A stretch of DNA of 57,281 nucleotides, filler included, from Sphacelaria rigidula (GCA_964200075.2; 7 parts of 7 records of this genome joined end to end with filler, not necessarily neighbours in it), one strand, 5' to 3'. Positions 24,697-38,510 are shown, counted from the whole stretch's first letter. A program made the numbers and translations. Notes: generated from the letters alone by a model not told the origin.

Positions 24697-26936
24697 CCCC
24701 GCCCCCGGCCTGCAACCCACAGAGACATCTCCTACACTATACTGCCCTGTAGTCTGTCCCCATCGCACTGCGCGATAGAAATTGGGCGGGTTGGGAAAGA
24801 AATAAAGTTTGATCTGTTGCATGTCGTGGGTTCGAGCCGAGTGTTGTTGCCGAGTGTGATTTTTTATTTTGTCTGTCCGTTCAATACACCGGCGGCCAGG
24901 GCGGCATCAAAATATGCAATGAAGTATCAGGGATGGAGCGGTTTATTTACGCATTCGCCGCTGGCTTTTTCCACCACTGGATGCTCGGACAGTTGGATCA
25001 TATCGTGAAGAACATGAACGTAAATAATTTATTTGTGCGAGGGTTTTCTCTTGTCTCCACGTGTTTGTGAGCTTGCGGGAAACGAGCTTGTGGGATCGAG
25101 CTGTACGGCCCTTGTCCGTATTGTCTGTACGGAGACCACATGAGTTCATCTGCACTATCTGTACTGTACTCTGTTTTTCTATAGCCTACTGCAGTGCTCT
25201 GGGACAACAGCGCAACACTGTACAGGTCTACCCCTGTTGTCGAAGTGCAATACAAGTAGGGTACAGCACGGTACAGTCAGTGTAAGCCGGTGAGAGTTAG
25301 CAACAATCTGCTCGCTGGTTGTTATCATGATGGAGACAGAGGTCCAAAACGCCGTCTCTTGTTACGAAAAAACGAATTTCATTAGGCCCTCTCCGTCGTC
25401 ATCCATCGTGTCATTCTTCATGTTTTTTCTTCAAGCATCGGACGAAAGATTGTACCCTATGGCGCATACTACACATGTTGGGGCAAAAGTCAAGCCCGTG
25501 TGTGCCCTGTCGCCCCGCACCTCACGACGCCCTCCAGCGTCAAATCCAGTACGGTATCCGAACTTGTAACCTGACACGGTGATTGTAGATCAGGTCGTGA
25601 AGTTTTCCTGCGGCATTGTTCTGAGCTGCTGCGCTACTATCGTGCTATTGTACCGTTCCAGCACTTCCAATTCTACAGTCGTTGTTTCGTGTGTTTGTTA
25701 TTTGCCCCGCCTCTGCGCGGGCGTTCGTTGCGTCCTTGGTGTGTTGGACATATGTTGGTTGGTGTGTGTTTCGCTGGGGGTTTATTTCCCGAGACACACA
25801 CTTGATGTCAGTATTTAGTAGGACAGGAAAACTGACTTTATACATGTAGTATAGAAGCAGTGGCGCTCAACGGACCAAGCCTTGCTGCTCGCAACACAGC
25901 ACCTTTACATACAACACTAATCGTGTGTGCCATAAAATCATTTGATGTAAAAACTCGGCCGATACGACGGCTTGAAATATTGTCTGTACCGAGGAAGCCC
26001 AGTCATCAACCTTTTGCGGTATGTTTTTGTCACCCTGTCAAAAAATATACTGCGTACAGTATCGAATATTGATATTGCGTCCATTGTTGTGCAGGGGGTG
26101 ATTTTCGTATCGAAGTGTATTGCATTTTCTTCCGAATGAAAATTATAATGTTGCGTATACAAATAATACAAATTAATACAGTTCGTGTACACGACAAAAA
26201 GAAAGTTAACGCCAGTTTACCATTACAGACAGTAGCAGTGCATGCATTCAAAGATCACGCCATTTCTTTTTTCAATCATACCTCGTTCGTACATGAATTA
26301 TGAAGCCTACACTAGACACGTCAGGCCCGGCCTGGTCTTGAACGGAGCCACACGCAGCCTGAAAAAGTTCTCCCAAGGTTTTGCCTACACACAGCGATCA
26401 GTTTTGGATCCTGACGAAAACGCACGAGCGCACGCCTTCCCCAGAGCGGTGTTTCTCTATACAATATTGGACGCAGGCCAAACAGGTATGCAAATCTCGA
26501 TGTCCAATGTCTCCATTACGTCATGGTCTTCTGGTCGATGTGTCCGGTTCCTCTCCCATGCAAACATTTTTGTCGGATACCCCAAGAGGACACTTCTTCT
26601 GCGAGACAGCTAGCTATTTTTTTTCCCGAGGGAGAGAGGGTGTGAAGGGGGGGGAGAGGGGGGGTTCGCGGCGATCGTCACAACTTTACAAAATGGGTCT
26701 TGATGGAGGTATCTCATACTCAAAATTCCTGATGTACTGTGTATATGAGAAAAATACTGTGAAAAATACCGGGAATGTCGAGTTTGAGATAACTCTGATA
26801 TTCATTTCTGAAGCAGATTCAATACATGGCCCACCCGGGGTCCGGGGGGCGACGATTTTTCCGCGAGGCCGTCCATTTGTGCTCATGTTTGTCAACGCAT
26901 CGCGTTGCGTCTTTGGTCTTAGAGCGTGTCCTAGAG

Positions 26937-27760
26937 TGTGTCTTCGTACATTGATTCTCGATCGAAATTGTGCGGTGGAAAGCAAAAATCCCGATCTGAT
27001 AAGTCGTTTCAACCATCGTCGTTGAGTGTTGAAGATGGTTGAAATCATGGCCTATCAGATCGGGATTTTTGCTTTCCACTGCACTTTTTCGATCGAAAAA
27101 TAATTTGCTGAGGCCGGGTCTTATCAAATCGTTTTCGATTCGAAAACGTACGGTGGAATCGAATTCGCTCGTTTCTGATTCGTCCACGCTGCTCATTTTC
27201 TCAGATGGCTGAGAACATGGATGCCATGGACCTATCAGGTACGAGCAAATTTGATTTCACCGTACGTTATCGACACGAAAGCAATTTGATAAGACACGGC
27301 CTGAGGCCCTCTCTTCTCAAATTGTTTTCGTGTCGAAAACATTCGGTCGAATTGAATTCGCTCGTTTCTGATTCGTCCACGCTAATTATTTCAAGAGATG
27401 GTTGAGGAAATGAATCCCGTGAACGTATCAGGTACGAGCAAATTCGATTCCACCGTACGCTTTCGAGTCAAAAACAATTTGATAAGACACGGGGACATGA
27501 ATCCCGTGGACGTATCAGGTGAGAGTAAATTCGATTCTACCGCACGTTTTCGAGTCAACAACAATTTGATAAGACACGGGGTACGACCTTGTCAAATTGT
27601 TTCCGACTCGAAAACGTGCGATGAGATCGTTTGCTCGTACCTAACGCGTTCACGGGATTCATGTTCTCAACCATCTGAAGAAATAAATTGCGTGGACGAA
27701 TCGGAAATGAGCGAATTTGATTCGACCGAACGTTTTCGACACAAGAACAATTTGACAAAG
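26937..27760. repeat. Array of about nine diverged units of about 60-80 bp in mostly alternating orientation
   Basis: Consensus about ccgtggacgtatcaggtacgagcaaattcgattccaccgtacgttttcgagtcaaaaacaatttgataagacacgg. Approximate units: (-)26937, (+)27052, (-)27113, (+)27224, (-)27306, (+)27417, (+)27504, (-)27586, (+)27691. Confidence 0.85.
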
Positions 27761-27783
27761 CTAAGCCTTACACCCAATTTTAA

Positions 27784-27888
27784 CCCTCGAGATCGCGATG
27801 CGGGTAGTCCATCTGATTCATGCCTACTTTTTTCAAGTGAACTTGATGCCCATTCAACAGATGATGACCTACTCTCGCAGTCGAAGGG
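27784..27888. mobile_element. About 100-bp piggyBac-type MITE (TTAA|CCC...GGG|TTAA)
   Basis: ttaa-ccctcgagatcgcga...ttcaagtg...gatgcccattcaacagatga...tcgcagtcgaaggg-ttaa, with an intact TTAA duplication. Confidence 0.8.
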
Positions 27889-30623
27889 TTAAACACACAC
27901 ACACCCGCGCTCGCGCGCCTTTTTCGGAACCAAATATGACCTTTTTGTCACTCCGTTGCGTTCTGCTGCAACGCTCGTTCTCTGTGATTCATGTGACATG
28001 TTGTCGAAGTGTCAGCGCGTTGCAGCGCCTGACTGCGCACATACAAATTTCGATGACGCATTGCATCGACAAATAGTTATCCCCAAGGTATCCCATCCCA
28101 GTACAGATGTGTGCTAAAAAAGAGCAGTTGCTGCCCAGCAGGACATGATGCGGAAGCTAATGCACCAGCGCATCGTATTATGTATGTATCAAGGGTTGGT
28201 GCACGAAGTTGATCTGCGGGAAAGTCGTTTCGAGGGGTCTATAGGCGGTATTGCGCTAGTCGCTGTCCTATTTTCCCGCACCCTGGACAAGATTCTGTAT
28301 GGTTCGTAGTTGCAGTCAGCCTGTACCGTACGCAATACATTTTTTTCTATTGCAACTTTTCACCATTTATTACTCAGGGTGTGTATTTTTCGCGCTTTGG
28401 TCAAAAGTGCCGCCGATTGGTGCACATCGCGCCTGCGCAGTGTCCAACCAGAAAGCCAATTTTTCTTAGGAGAATTTCACACGCGAAGTTGCTGCGAAAA
28501 GGTGCAGTGATTTTTTTATCCCAGCATTTACATATATTCTTGTATTTTCATTTTGGCGCAAGAGTGCTTGCAGTGAAGATCCTAAGCTTTCCTGGTTGGA
28601 GGGTTGATCCTTTGACCGCGAGCTTTGGCTCGGAAAAGTTTGCGTTCTGACAGTACAGTAGGGGGTGTCAACGGGGTAAAAGGGGTCATCTTCGAGCGGT
28701 AAGGGAATGGGTGCGCTCATGATTTTGCATGCCCCAAGTCATGAGACCATCGAGGGGGGAGAGAGACGGTTCCTATCCAGTAGCTGGTCTCAGAAAGACT
28801 CACAGACCGACCGTCCATGCTCCCAGGAAATTTCTAGGTCGAGTAGAAGAGTCAGAGGAAAAGGATGCGGCCGTTCTGTTTTCATAGTTTTGATTGATCG
28901 CTTAGCGCAGGTTGTAACCCTTTGGCCGCCAGCGTGGGGTCATCTGTGTAGAACTATCATCGAGTAAAATGTGATACCAGGTCAACAGATCAACCACCCT
29001 GTCTTGAAGGTTTACGATAGTTCGAAGCACCGATGCGGCAGTTGTACACTTTTTCTTCTATTTCGCTGGGGGCTCTGAACTCTTTTTCTCCTCATATGAC
29101 TACTTGGCACATGTACTATGACTACCGTACTCCACGCTACTTGTTTTCCCATCATGCTACCCTGCGTATGCGTCCTGCTCCAGGTTCAACTTTCTATATC
29201 CGTTTGTCACAAAAACAACCCGTTGCAATCCGCGTGTGTCCTCTTGCTTCACACGGATTTTCTGTGACATTCAGTTCCGATTCGTAAACCCCAGATCCCG
29301 CTGTCATACACTCCCATCCATACTTGAGGTGGAGTAGACAGCACCTACATGGAACAGACCGTTGCCTCGCCTACGCCGCGAGTTATGATCATTGGAGCAT
29401 TAGCCGCGGCCCGCAGTGTTGCCCTCTCAGGACGTCACACGTTCAACACTACAATAGCAGAGTAGTCGTGTTTGTCCCAACAGCATGGCAGTAGTAGCGT
29501 GCATGTGATCAACATGCACAGCTGTTGCTGAACAGCTATCTGAACGGCGCGTCGTATATGGCGGGGATGTACGTGCTGTACGGTAGACAGCCCGTGCGGT
29601 TGGGGTGGGGTAAGGTTTTGATACTGTTGTGTCCAAAGGTTTTTGCAAGGGGTTGAACTCACAAATGTTTTGATTGTGTTTTGAGCCCCGAACTGACATA
29701 CAAACGATACTCGGCCCTGCGAAGTCTTGGCGGGGAGTTTGGGCACACGATCACTAGGCCACACTTCCTGTGCTCAAATTCCCGAAAACTGCGAAAACTG
29801 GCAGGAACCTCACTGCCTGTTCTCTTACAAGTGGGGGGCTTGGATTCTATGCCTGTAACTTGTCTACCTCTGTGGGATGGCGATGTCTACCTTCGTGGGC
29901 AGAACACTAGTTCCCATTCGTTGTGCCGTCCACCACTTTTGGTGGTCACAGCATCCGCATCGTAAGCAGGCACTGGCACTCTAGCGCGGCTAGGCACTCC
30001 GTGCAATTCATCACGATGACGCACCTTTTGATTTCTTTGAAGGTGCGGTGAGTTTCAACCCGTCACAAAATCCTCTCGCCTCGACGAAACACATGTTTCT
30101 CCGGAATGGAAATCTTTTTGCAGTTCGTTTCGGCGCCAGGAGGGGCCTACTACTGCTCCAGCGGATCAATTGCAGGACGCCCACGTGTTGGTCATCCTCC
30201 AAAAACAAGCGGACCGGATTATCGCAACAGAAGAAGAACGTGAGAGTCGAAACGGTTGAAAAAACACACGAAAATCGAAATCGAGATCGAGATCGGTTTT
30301 CGATTCTGATTTGAATGTGGCGAATTGGGTCGACCGAGGACGTCACACTGCACGTGTTCTTTTACCAACCGATTCGAAGTTGCACGGAACGCGGAGGAAC
30401 ACGGATGAAGGAGATACCATCCCAGATCTGAACCAAGTTACTGGCCAGTATCTGCTCTCAGATTACTCTTCGGAGCGTTTTACACGCCGCCGTCCGGTAA
30501 ATCGCGTTCAAGTACATGATGTTGGACAAAGTGCTCGGATCTTGTTCATCTCTAGAGAAATCGACAGCTACTAGTAATTCCACCCTCGCACGGATCCACA
30601 ATTTTGTTTGACTCGATAATTAA

Positions 30624-30714
30624 CCCTTGGACCCAGAGGGGCTGGTTCATGCATGCTTCTTTCAAGTACAAGTGATGCTGATTCAACAGATGACCTACTC
30701 TAGCCGTCTAAGGG
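30624..30714. mobile_element. About 100-bp piggyBac-type MITE copy
   Basis: ttaa-cccttggacc...catgcatgc...ttcaagt...gattcaacagatgacctactc...gtctaaggg. Confidence 0.75.
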
Positions 30715-31990
30715 TGACATGGGTACTTTTTTATAGTCAAGGGGATAAAAACTCCTGTGCTAGCCTTCTTCCTGTGTGACAGGAGTTCTAAGTCGAGGTC
30801 GAAACTTCGATTTCAAATCGCGATTAAAAGGACATCGAACTGAATCGAAAGAAATCGAAATCGAGAAATTTGGGGTCTATCTTCGAATAATCGTAATCTC
30901 AAAAATCGCTATCAATCGCGATTTTTGATTTCGATCTGAGCCTCTAGACGAGCAGCTTGGGTGAGCACGGCGCCCCTGCGTACCTCGTAGATGTCCCTAG
31001 CTGGGCTCATCTGATCACCTGGCCTCATGGCCTCATCTAAAACCATCACAGACTACCCTAAGGGGAACAAGGTGATGAAGGGTAGCGATTCCGATGAGGG
31101 TGAAGGCACCGACGATGTTGTGTTGGACACGCTGACTCTCTTGCACGGATGTCACCGGTGTAGGGTGGAAGATGGGCGAGACGCGGCAGTAAAACGGTTG
31201 CGCTCGTTGAGTGCCTCGGGGTGGCAGCTGTCACTGAGCAACATAGATTATGGCTTTAGTCAGGCGAACAACAGCTGTTCAAGTGGTTGCGAAGTGTATC
31301 ATCACACTACTGTAGAACCAAGCGGGCACTGGTTTCGCTACCCGGTTGGTGACTTCGTGTGGCCGGTGCTCTCTGCCCTTTGCTCTCCGTTGTGTCCTAC
31401 AAGATGTGTTCCCTCGTACGTGGGCGTAGCTCATCCAGCAGTTGTCAGTAGTTTGACAGTGAACACCTTTGAGTTATTTCCGCTCCCTCAGGCATCCGTT
31501 TTCGGTTGTAGGACAACAGGCGAATACCAGGGTCTCAGCTTCCACACATGGCTTAACCGGCGAGGTTCACTGTGACAGCTAACCAATAGCAATCGATTAT
31601 ACCTACTGTAGAATAATGACATGTGGCACGTTCCCAGCATACAACGTCGTCCATTTCATTTGATGAAGGTAAAACAGACCAGGGATAGTAGTCTCGTGGT
31701 AAGTCCCTTTTTCAACCGGAAGGAATTTTCAGCTGGTTATTTTCCATCTCGGCGCAGATCTATACTAAATTCAAGTGAAAGTTAATAATCATCGATACGT
31801 AAAACGGTAGCCCAAAATGGCCAAATCAGAGGTAGGTAACAAACTATCGTGAACAGACTCGACTGTGGCGCTTTTTCTGCCCCCAGGATCCTCCGAAATC
31901 GGAAATCGAAGATCGCGATTATCGCGTTTTTTTCCAGATATTCAAGTAATCGCGATTTAAAATCGATATTTTTTTGCTTGGAGTCAGAAC

Positions 31991-32068
31991 CCTTTGTGTG
32001 ACCCCGGGTGATGCGCCTATGTATAGGTGTAGACTGGCGTCCAGAATAGATGGGATGACAACACACAC
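31991..32068 (+). mobile_element. SINE family 1, 3' fragment
   Basis: tgtgtgaccccgg...gtagactggcgtccagaatagatgggatgacaacacacac matches the tail of 23101-23477 and 49834-50191. Confidence 0.75.
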
Positions 32069-32627
32069 CTTATTGGTAATACCGTTTCCTGCCGTTGTTT
32101 TTTTTTGCAGAGGAAGGGGAGGGGAGGGCGTATTTTCTGGTTTCGAGACATTCAGCGAAGGGCAATAAACAAAAAAAGGGTACACCCTGGTGCTTTTGGA
32201 ACGAAAAAGGGTAACGCATTTTTCGCTTCGGGGCGCGGCGCTGTACGCGGGCTGATCATCTCGAAAACATGTTTCAGCGCCTCAGCCTCTCACCCGAGGT
32301 GTTTGCACAGCATGCCCGACCATTTTTTCTTATTTTCACAAGTGTTACTAGAGGTATCTCAAACTCGGTTCACGGTTTCCTGGTTTATTCGCTGGCTCTG
32401 GGGTGTTGTACTATTCTTTCAAGTGAAAATGACGGCGATTCATAGAAGGACCTGACATGGCGGTCATAGCGTCTCATCATCTGATTAATCGCCATGACTT
32501 TCTCTCGAAAAAATAGAACAAAGCAAACCAGGAAGCCGCGAACAGAGTTTGCGGTACCTCTACTAAGCTGAACTATGGAGCCGAAAATGAAAGCCTGTGA
32601 GGGTACCCTTTTTTCATCAGTACTGTA

Positions 32628-32692
32628 GCCGGTCGCCCCGGTGGCTCAGTTGGTAACCTCGTAACCTTCTGATGGTTGAGAAAGGGGGTTCG
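32628..32692 (+). mobile_element. SINE family 1, tRNA-like head (cut by the contig end)
   Basis: gccggtcgccccggTGGCTCAGTTGGtaacctcg...ggGGTTCG. Confidence 0.8.
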
Positions 32693-32792
32693 NNNNNNNN
32701 NNNNNNNNNNNNNNNNNNNNNNNNNNNNNNNNNNNNTTAATTAATTAANNNNNNNNNNNNNNNNNNNNNNNNNNNNNNNNNNNNNNNNNNNN
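32693..32792. other. Artificial contig linker
   Basis: N44-TTAATTAATTAA-N44. Confidence 0.98.
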
Positions 32793-32870
32793 GCTTCCTT
32801 CTGCGGTGCTTGCCTTTATTTTTTATTGCGAGAGGGGTTCAGCAGTCCCTTTCCCTCGTCGACCGTTAAG
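32793..32870 (-). mobile_element. SINE family 1, internal fragment at the contig start
   Basis: cttccttctgcggtgcttgcctttatttt...gttcagcagtccctttccctcgtcgaccg is shared with the other copies. Confidence 0.8.
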
Positions 32871-35800
32871 CCTCTTTTTTTTTTCAATGCGTTTGTATAA
32901 AGTTGAATCCGTGACGCAGACCCCGGCGTGTGGCTTCTGTTGGATATTTTTCAAGGGTCTGACGAGTTAATGATTCGTCTGGAAATTATTTGACCCTAAC
33001 CCTGATTGATTTATGCCGGACGAATCAATCCTTCGGCTTTGTTTTCAGCGTTGCAACCCAGGCACGCGTACTCCCGGCACGTCGGATTTCGCAAAATTTG
33101 CGTGGAGACCTTTTTTGACCAGCGGTCAGCTTTTTTCTCTCTCGAGCAATTAGGCCTGAAAAATCGTGGATTTGGTGATTCGAACTGGCGATGATTCGTT
33201 CGAGTCGTGATATTTTTTCATGGTTCCATGTTAATGTTTGTACGACGTCCATCATCGCATGCCATGAAGACTCAGGGGAAACTGCCTCCGCGTATGAATG
33301 GTACGTTGAGAAAGTGTGAGTATCTGACAGGGTGCTGCGTGGTGCTTCGCTAGTATGCTTGAGCAAAAAACTCGAAAGCCATCGCAACAGCAAAATTATG
33401 CGCCGGAAATATAAGTGAACGTTACAGTGTTGTAGTTAATCGATCAAATCTATGTCGTTACATGATATTTACAAGCGGTCTATGACCGTATCAAAGCTCC
33501 CACACAGAAGCCCCCTGTCCAAGAACATATTGCAAAAGGCCAAGCGGTCGGCACCGCGAATACACCGCGCGATGTCCAGCAAATGCACGCCCCCCACACA
33601 ACCAAACTCATGCCGTCATCGCCGCTTTTTCCCCCTCTCTCTCTGTCTGTCCTGCTTCTGAAGTGGAACGAAAAAGAAGGGGACAGAAGCCGGGTTGACG
33701 GAAAATGCGCAGAATTGGGCTCGATCACGAAATAGTCGTTTCGTACGGACAAGCCCAACTGAACATCTCTGTGTTTGGCTACTTTTTCACTTATCGTATT
33801 GTCAGTCGTTACTGCTTCCTACAAGCTGTGGTCGCGGAAACGGGCGTGTGGGTTTCAGGTCCGACAATAGTCGCAATAGGTCCATACTTTACGCAGTATA
33901 TGTTTCGTCTTCTTCAACTATTGACCATATATTGTCCAACGTGTGGAACGGTGGTACGGGTGTGAGAGGCCACCGTGCTCATCCACTGGCTCGTTCAAGT
34001 AAGTTCCACGCGGCTAGTGTCGTCTATTGAGCGCTGCACCGTAGGGGCGAAGGTCTCGCCGCAAGTGCACCCCACTCTATGGTCAACGCACCTTTTTGTG
34101 AATTCTCTTATCATGTCGTGTAGACTGTCGTCCGTTCAGCCCCCCTCCTCCGCTAACATGGTACCTGAGCGGAGGGAAAGTGGTTGTCATCGCGAGCAAT
34201 TGAGCATGATCAGTGGCACGTACCTTCTACTCGAGAAAGGAAATGCGACGTATCGTCGGATTTCATCAAGGAAATGTATAAACGTCTATAGCGCAGGGAG
34301 TGTGCAGATGCATAAAAAAGGGGCACCTCTTGTTGGCAACAGAAACTATATTCATATGAGCTAATAAGTCTCACACCGTGGACTAGCTGCAACGTCCACG
34401 TTACCCTAAGCGATCCGTGTATCGAAATATGCAAAGGTAAAGGTTGAGGTCACCCTCTCCCGGTCAGGGTGATAGTGCCCCCCACTCACCCTATAGCAGC
34501 AAACATGACGAGTGCGCACATGACAAAGGACAGCACGATCGTTGCCGGGTGCGCCGTCTGTGCACCAGCCGGGGGCGACTCCGTTTCTATTCGCTCGTCA
34601 CTCACTGGCACAGATTTGGCATGCTGACCATCCCCTTTAGGTCCCCGTGGTGGCGCTTCTCCTTGAGCCAACTGCACAACAACGGTGGGGAATATGAAAA
34701 ATCTCGCGTGACTCCATTGATGACACCGCACAATAGCGTATGGTGGGCGACGGCAGCAAAAAGCAAGCAAGGCGTCTCTCTTCATTTACTGAAGAAGTGA
34801 CCGTACGGTGTAGTGCACAACTGAACCCGTGGACTTTTTGCACTGGGGCTTTCATAGTCTCGGATACAGTACGGGCCCGATGATAGGGTATATGTCGGCG
34901 AAGGCGCGAAACTGTATCGTGGAGGTTGCCATGAGCACAATTTCTTAAATGACCAATGCTTGCTGCCATCAGCGCTGGATCCGGCGTTTTTTACGTCTCC
35001 GTCTCCTATTTCATACAAAAAAACTCGCCAGCCTCCGATGCTGCAGTATTTATGATCCCACTACACTGTAGCGACTACAAACCAGGAAACTCACCCGGGC
35101 TGATCGAAGTTGCGAACGTTCGGAAGCCCTGGGACTCGAGTATTCCTCAGCCCTTTGTTTTCGACCAAACTCATCGGTCATTTCACGGTTCGCCAGTAGA
35201 TGCTTGATGCAACGTGTTGCACTCTCTGAGACAACACCCGACTCTCTCTTCCNNNNNNNNNNTCTTTCGTACACCCAGTTTGACTTTTGACCGTTCTAGC
35301 ATTTTTCCGCACCAACAAAAAAAGCTGCCGAGTGCTTGCGACACGACTTGGAGGAACTCACAACACGGGAGAAAGATATTTGGCTTGTATGGGAAATTGC
35401 TGGTGCAGCCAAATGTTAAACCGGGCGAGTGCGAAACATCGCAAGAGTACACAGGAAACATGTTGCTGGATAAAGCAAGTTTTTCCGAGGTGAAAAAATA
35501 TGACTAGCTTTTTTTTCGGGCGAAAATCGGCGCCGAAACGCTCAAACAGACATGTTCAGATATAAATGTTTTTCGTACACCAGCATGAAGGACAGCCCAA
35601 CTGAAATTTGAGATTGGGTAACAATGTTCTCATTCTCGGACCCGCGGTCCAATGTTGCCTCTCCGACTCGCGGTACGCGGAAGATGAGGGGGTGCGATTT
35701 CATTTTGTAACCCATCTCCATTCGACGCCCGTGTTTCCTGTTCATGAGGACCATAAAATGTGCCGTTTCATGCTTGTCCATTTCCTACTTGTGGGGAACA

Positions 35801-36026
35801 CCTGGGCACGGTTTCTTAGAAGGGTTTTCTAAAAACAAATTCGAAACTCAAATTCTTACCAGCCGGTTTCTCATGAACGGGCCCGTAATGCAAATTGAAG
35901 AGTTGATGCCGATGATAGAGCAAACGGATGCTCCCCAACCGGGTCACTCGCAATCATCTGTACACTGTACAGCCATAGGCGTTGGATTATTTCACCACGG
36001 TTGTGTTATTCCCGTCTTTTTCATCA

Positions 36027-36343
36027 TTTATTGGCCGTACTTTGAATGCTCCCCCCCCCTCCTCGGGACGAGTCCGTGATATCAAGCGGATCAACTCATT
36101 TCTCCCCAGTACACGCCTTGCATTTTGGTCTCGCGGATTGGGTCAGCACCCCTGCACCGCGTCAACTTTCATCACACAAACTCACTCAGCTATTTTTTGT
36201 TTACTCACGTACTCATGGTTTCGACGGTGGAAATCAAATGCTTAGAAGAAAAACCCCAACGCATCGGGAATCCAACCCACGCTTTCTCTACCCTAATGGT
36301 GACATTCGGGCCAGACAAATTTACACCACCGGGGCCAGGCGGC
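36027..36343 (-). mobile_element. tRNA-derived SINE, family 2
   Basis: Reverse complement aligns end to end with 56189-56501 (gccccggtggtgt...ccattagggt...gtgctgacc.aatccgcgagac.aaatgcaaggcgtgtac...ttcaaagt.cg.c.aataaa). Confidence 0.8.
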
Positions 36344-36955
36344 AGATTGTCGCGTAAAAACATTGCTTGCTTGGAATGGGGTACAACGGTAGTACGGCAC
36401 CGTTGACCACTATTGTGACACTGTTGTGCAGAAAAAGCCAGAACATCAAATTGCGAGACATGTACAATACCATGCATGGTCTCGTTTACTTCGTACCCTT
36501 CCTTGTCGTTTCAAGACCATAACCACTTCGGTCCTGCACTCTGGAGTCAGTGCATAGGAGAGGGGTCGTTCCAATGTATCCCCAAGCTGCCCCCGACACG
36601 TAGAAGTGAGCGAGTCTAGCACCCGTTCCGCAAGTTCCCTGGAATATTTTGAAATTCGGATACAGTCAGTCAGTGTTGCAGTTCATCATCGCAGATTGCA
36701 TTTCCACTTTTAGAAAAGCGAAGGCCACCCTCACAACTTACGGTGCGTTGTGTAATATGGGTACTGGGTACCATGTCAACGGTTTAGAATTGGAAGCGGT
36801 TTGCCAGCCTGTGTGACGGCGTCAGAAACCACCTTCTCTTTGCAAATCTTGAACTATCTCGTGACGTGCGCGATCGTTCGTGGTGTGCATGCGTGTGCGT
36901 GACAAGTTCAAGAGCTCCAATGTGCCAGAATAGGGTCCATCTTAACTTAACGGAT

Positions 36956-37065
36956 CGTAGAACGTAACAAGCGCCAAGAAGCAGCATGTTGGTTGGTCGC
37001 CGGGCAGGTCTATGGTTGCGACGACTACTCAACATGCTGCTTTTGGGCGCTTGTTTCGCTCTGCG
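36956..37065. repeat. Imperfect hairpin (36-bp stem, extendable to about 36937-37091)
   Basis: cgtagaacgtaacaagcgccaagaagcagcatgttg pairs with caacatgctgcttttgggcgcttgtttcgctctgcg. Confidence 0.75.
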
Positions 37066-38510
37066 CTTTTTTTTTGGTCCCGTTGAGATGGGTCCTTAAC
37101 TCGGTCAAATTTTCCGACTGGGGCTTGAAAATAAAATAACCTACCATATGTATTATTCCGAGGAGAGACCCGATCCTAAACCTCGGTTGAAGAAAACACT
37201 CGATCGAGAGGACAACAACACCTCTCAAACCCAATTCCGATTTATCCCAGGGGTGTTTCGATCATTGAGAGCAAGCGTACAACTAATCATTCGGGGCATT
37301 ACTGTCCTCTCGATCTAGTGTTTTCCTGGAGGCATGACCGCTTACCCGGGGAGTGGGTTCGGGTCTTTTCCTCTGAATACGAGCTGGGCCCACCGTAAAA
37401 TGTGCATATCCTGGGCACACAACAGCTTCTTCAGTTTCCCGTCAGCCCGACGTGAGGCTATCGCTCTGAACGACAGACCAACCTGGTCATGCACGGCTCC
37501 GCCGCTGTTCGGTTAGCGTAGTTTTGGCGATGACGATGTTGGACTGCATGGAGTACCCAGTGCGTCTCATACCGTGGCGTGACAGCGTGTTTTGAGCTTT
37601 TATTTTATATTTACGGAGCACGGCGAAAAACGCATGAGAACTTTGATACGCACAGTCAGGAGTGCACTGGGAATGCGGAGAGATGGCATCAAACTTGTCA
37701 GCAGCGCCATTATGGGAGAGGACTTCCGAGCCGATTGTCACTTACAACAAGCACAGGGACAAGTATCCAACTGGAACGGGCTGCGACAACTTTTCTCGAT
37801 CGAGTCCTTAGTGGGAATCGTGTTTTTCAATTGGAAAAAAAAAGTGCTGACGGTGATTTTCTGAACTGGGCCTCCAGGGAGGCGGAAAAGTGTCAATATA
37901 CACGAGCTGGGTTAGCCGTAAAATGTGTATATCCTAGACACACAATAACTTCTTCCGTTTCCCGAATCAGTATGATGAAAGTATATTGCTGTGAACTGCA
38001 GACCAACCTGGTGATGCACCCTCTGCCGTTGAAAAATAAACATCAACAAAAATGTACTGAGTAATATATGATCTGCACGATGGGACCAGATTCTGCGAAA
38101 AGACAGAGGATCTGTCAGGATTCGAACTCGTGGTCTCTACAGCTGGAGTTTCCTGCATCACTGGAGTTACCGGGGCGCAGCGGTGTCACACAAGCAGTGG
38201 AATGCCCCGCCAAATTATAGGAGTTTTGAGACTGACGGTCCAGGGACATCTAGGGGTTTTCAGGGGGCGGGGGGGGGGTTGACAGGGGGGTGGGGACCTG
38301 TTCGCAGAACAGCCGAAAAGCTCGCCAAGTCAGCCATGTTTGGAAGTTTCCCACGATGTACGAGGACCTTTGAACGTAAGTCGAAAATTCGTGCTCGAAG
38401 CTGCAACAAATTCCGTCTTCTTCCATGGACTTGAGCCACTTCTTATGGCAAACAAAAAAAAATCTGGATAACTTGTATTTGTGGAGCTTCTGCGTCGTTT
38501 CACACTTCAA

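Noticed and set aside
24664..24706. Poly-C tract giving a poly-Gly ORF or a G-quadruplex
   Set aside because: Homopolymer near a contig end; such runs are common throughout the window and error-prone.
29890..31230. Possible minus-strand exons (about 29890-30024 and about 30983-31226)
   Set aside because: Splice-like sites exist, but the frames do not join consistently and no family is recognisable.
32628..32692. tRNA gene (also 23400-23477 and 56189-56260)
   Set aside because: A/B boxes are present, but there is no complete cloverleaf and the heads are attached to a shared repeat body. These are SINE heads.
32628..32870. One SINE spanning the gap
   Set aside because: The two pieces are in opposite orientations and on separate contigs.
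32994..33005. Telomere-like ccctaaccctga (also about 48691-48716)
   Set aside because: Only one or two imperfect units, which is expected by chance.
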